DNA of 64,000 nucleotides, taken from the NCBI GenBank assembly GCA_902801845.1, contig CADCJW010000002.1, positions 305,627 to 369,626 on the forward strand, given 5' to 3'. Source of the DNA: an uncultured Eubacteriales bacterium (GTDB taxonomy: Bacteria; Bacillota; Clostridia; Christensenellales; CAG-138). The notes below the pieces were generated by a model. The model searched no databases. It was not told the origin of the DNA and was given only the letters and a program-made list of their open reading frames with translations. The translations under genes and the position numbers were made by a program. Positions 62,971 through 64,000 of this stretch are shown in pieces (within the stretch, counting starts at the first letter, position 1; each line of letters begins with the position of its first letter).

Positions 62971-63026
62971 GCGTTTGCCGCTTTTTCTCTTTAGACAAAG
63001 AGAAAAAGCGGCGGAAAAAGAGGAAC
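62971..63026 (-). repeat. Intergenic hairpin repeat, copy 7 (reverse, variant)
   Basis: GCCGCTTTTTCTCTTT-agac-AAAGAGAAAAAGCGGC followed by GGAAAAAGAGGAAC. The stem ends and one internal pair differ from the consensus but stay complementary. Confidence 0.8.
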
Positions 63027-63086
63027 TTAAAGAATCAAACAGGGAGTATCCGCTTGAACGACACTCCCCAAATAAAGTTCTTTGGC

Positions 63087-63123
63087 ACCACCTTTCTTTC
63101 AAGAAAGGTGGTCCGTTTTTATT
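63087..63123 (+). terminator. Orphan plus-strand terminator-like hairpin
   Basis: ACCACCTTTCT-ttca-AGAAAGGTGGT followed by ccgTTTTTaTT. No plus-strand CDS lies upstream. Confidence 0.4.
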
Positions 63124-63356
63124 CCTTCCAATTATATCATCTTCACCCTCACCGAAGCGTCGCCCTCGATCCCGCTCTGGAGGCAGAAGGCGTAGTATCC
63201 GTCCCCATGGCTCTCGCCGGTGAAGCGGGCGTGGACCTCGAATATGCCGCCGCCAGCCAAATGAGCATTCGTTTCATGGTGGTCCCCCCTCGTTCCTTTG
63301 CCCATAACACCGGCCAGGGGGCGAAAAGGTTGCGCGGGCAGAGGGGGACTGGATCT

Positions 63357-64000
63357 CTAAGCCCCGTGTGCCCGCTTCTGATCCCGAACAGCGAAGAATA
63401 GGAACAGCGCGCCGCCAGCCATGCCGATGAGCGTGCAGAGGAGCAGGGCCCGCAGGGCGCCGCAGGCGGAGACCAGCATCCCGCCGAACAGATAGCTGAA
63501 CACCCCCGACAGGGAGATGGCCCCGGTGATCAGGGCCTGGACCGTGACCTTCTCGTCCTCGGCCATGCGCTCGTTCCCATAGTAGGTGAGGGCCAGCAGG
63601 AAGGGGGCGAAGGAGAAGAAATGGGAGGCGCGCATGAGGTACACGCCCCACACGGACCCAAAGAGCAGGATGAACCAGGGCTTCAGGGCCATGAGGAGCA
63701 CCGACACCTTCAGCACCCGGCCCACGCCCAGCCGCCTCTCCACCCGGGAGAAGAGGAACATCATGGGCGTCTCCACTAGCGCCCCGATGAGCAGGGCCGT
63801 GCCCAGCTCCGGGGTGCCGCCGCCCACAGCCACGATCACGTCATAGAGATAGGCCTCCAAAAAGTTGTGCTGGAAGAAGAGGAACACCGCCCCCAGCAGC
63901 ATCCCGAAGAAGGCCGGATAGCTTTTCAGCAGGGATCCCTGCTGCAGCCGCGCCCGGGGGCCGGCGGTCTCCATTTCCTTGCCCGCCAGCATCAGGGAGC
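63357..64000 (-). CDS. MFS transporter, C-terminal half. The gene continues beyond the window.
   Basis: About 6 TM helices. The frame is still open at 64000, so the listed Met at 63992 is probably internal. Confidence 0.6.
   Translation of the reverse strand, partial: SLMLAGKEMETAGPRARLQQGSLLKSYPAFFGMLLGAVFLFFQHNFLEAYLYDVIVAVGGGTPELGTALLIGALVETPMMFLFSRVERRLGVGRVLKVSVLLMALKPWFILLFGSVWGVYLMRASHFFSFAPFLLALTYYGNERMAEDEKVTVQALITGAISLSGVFSYLFGGMLVSACGALRALLLCTLIGMAGGALFLFFAVRDQKRAHGA

Noticed and set aside
1-64000. Mobile elements, prophage, integrons, toxin-antitoxin or known defence systems
   Set aside because: No integrase, transposase, recombinase, phage structural, Cas, restriction-modification or toxin-antitoxin-like proteins were recognisable in any frame. 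The only compositional island is the single nucleotidyltransferase gene.

Overview
This is a GC-rich chromosomal segment that looks like Firmicutes/Clostridia. The evidence is the yybS-gdpP-rplI-dnaB synteny, a T-box leader on thrS, a Bce-type peptide-sensing module, and AGGAGG-type ribosome binding sites (RBSs). I saw no rRNA, tRNA, CRISPR array, transposase or phage genes. Coding density is high, and about 55 ORFs look real. Most of the long alternate-frame or antisense ORFs in the track are high-GC artefacts. Gene content in order:
- 5' end: pepT (3' end), then hypB / 973-aa Fe-S flavoprotein / hypA, two pepD paralogs flanking a DUF819 membrane gene, and capA-like.
- An esterase with a secreted Cys-rich repeat protein, an rlmI-like methyltransferase, and small housekeeping operons.
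- A trpB2-paaK-ACT operon, and an AAA-CYTH / NUDIX / HAD operon.
- A lower-GC nucleotidyltransferase gene, a BceRS-AB-like module, then dnaB-rplI-gdpP-yybS and thrS.
- A glutaminase operon, two adjacent Opp-type ABC importers, an M48 protease, a PadR-controlled flavodoxin fusion, a DAACS symporter, sufC plus a sufBD-like gene, and a partial MFS gene.

The observations most worth a second look:
1. A 27-codon leader ORF with four Trp codons, followed by an intrinsic terminator, upstream of trpB2-paaK-ACT.
2. An AT-rich intergenic hairpin repeat family (at least 7 copies) with compensatory stem changes.
3. A Fe-S flavoprotein gene embedded between the nickel chaperone genes hypB and hypA, with no Ni-enzyme gene in view.
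4. A 160-aa 'mini glutamine synthetase' lacking the catalytic core, with its own promoter, coupled to glsA.
5. Opp ATPases carrying about 370-aa and about 90-aa insertions.
6. A symmetric array of seven (C)ATGATTTG motifs upstream of the Bce-type regulator.
7. A secreted protein built of near-identical 41-aa C-X10-C-X2-C...H modules.

All functional calls come from motif and family recognition by eye. No database search or RNA folding was run.
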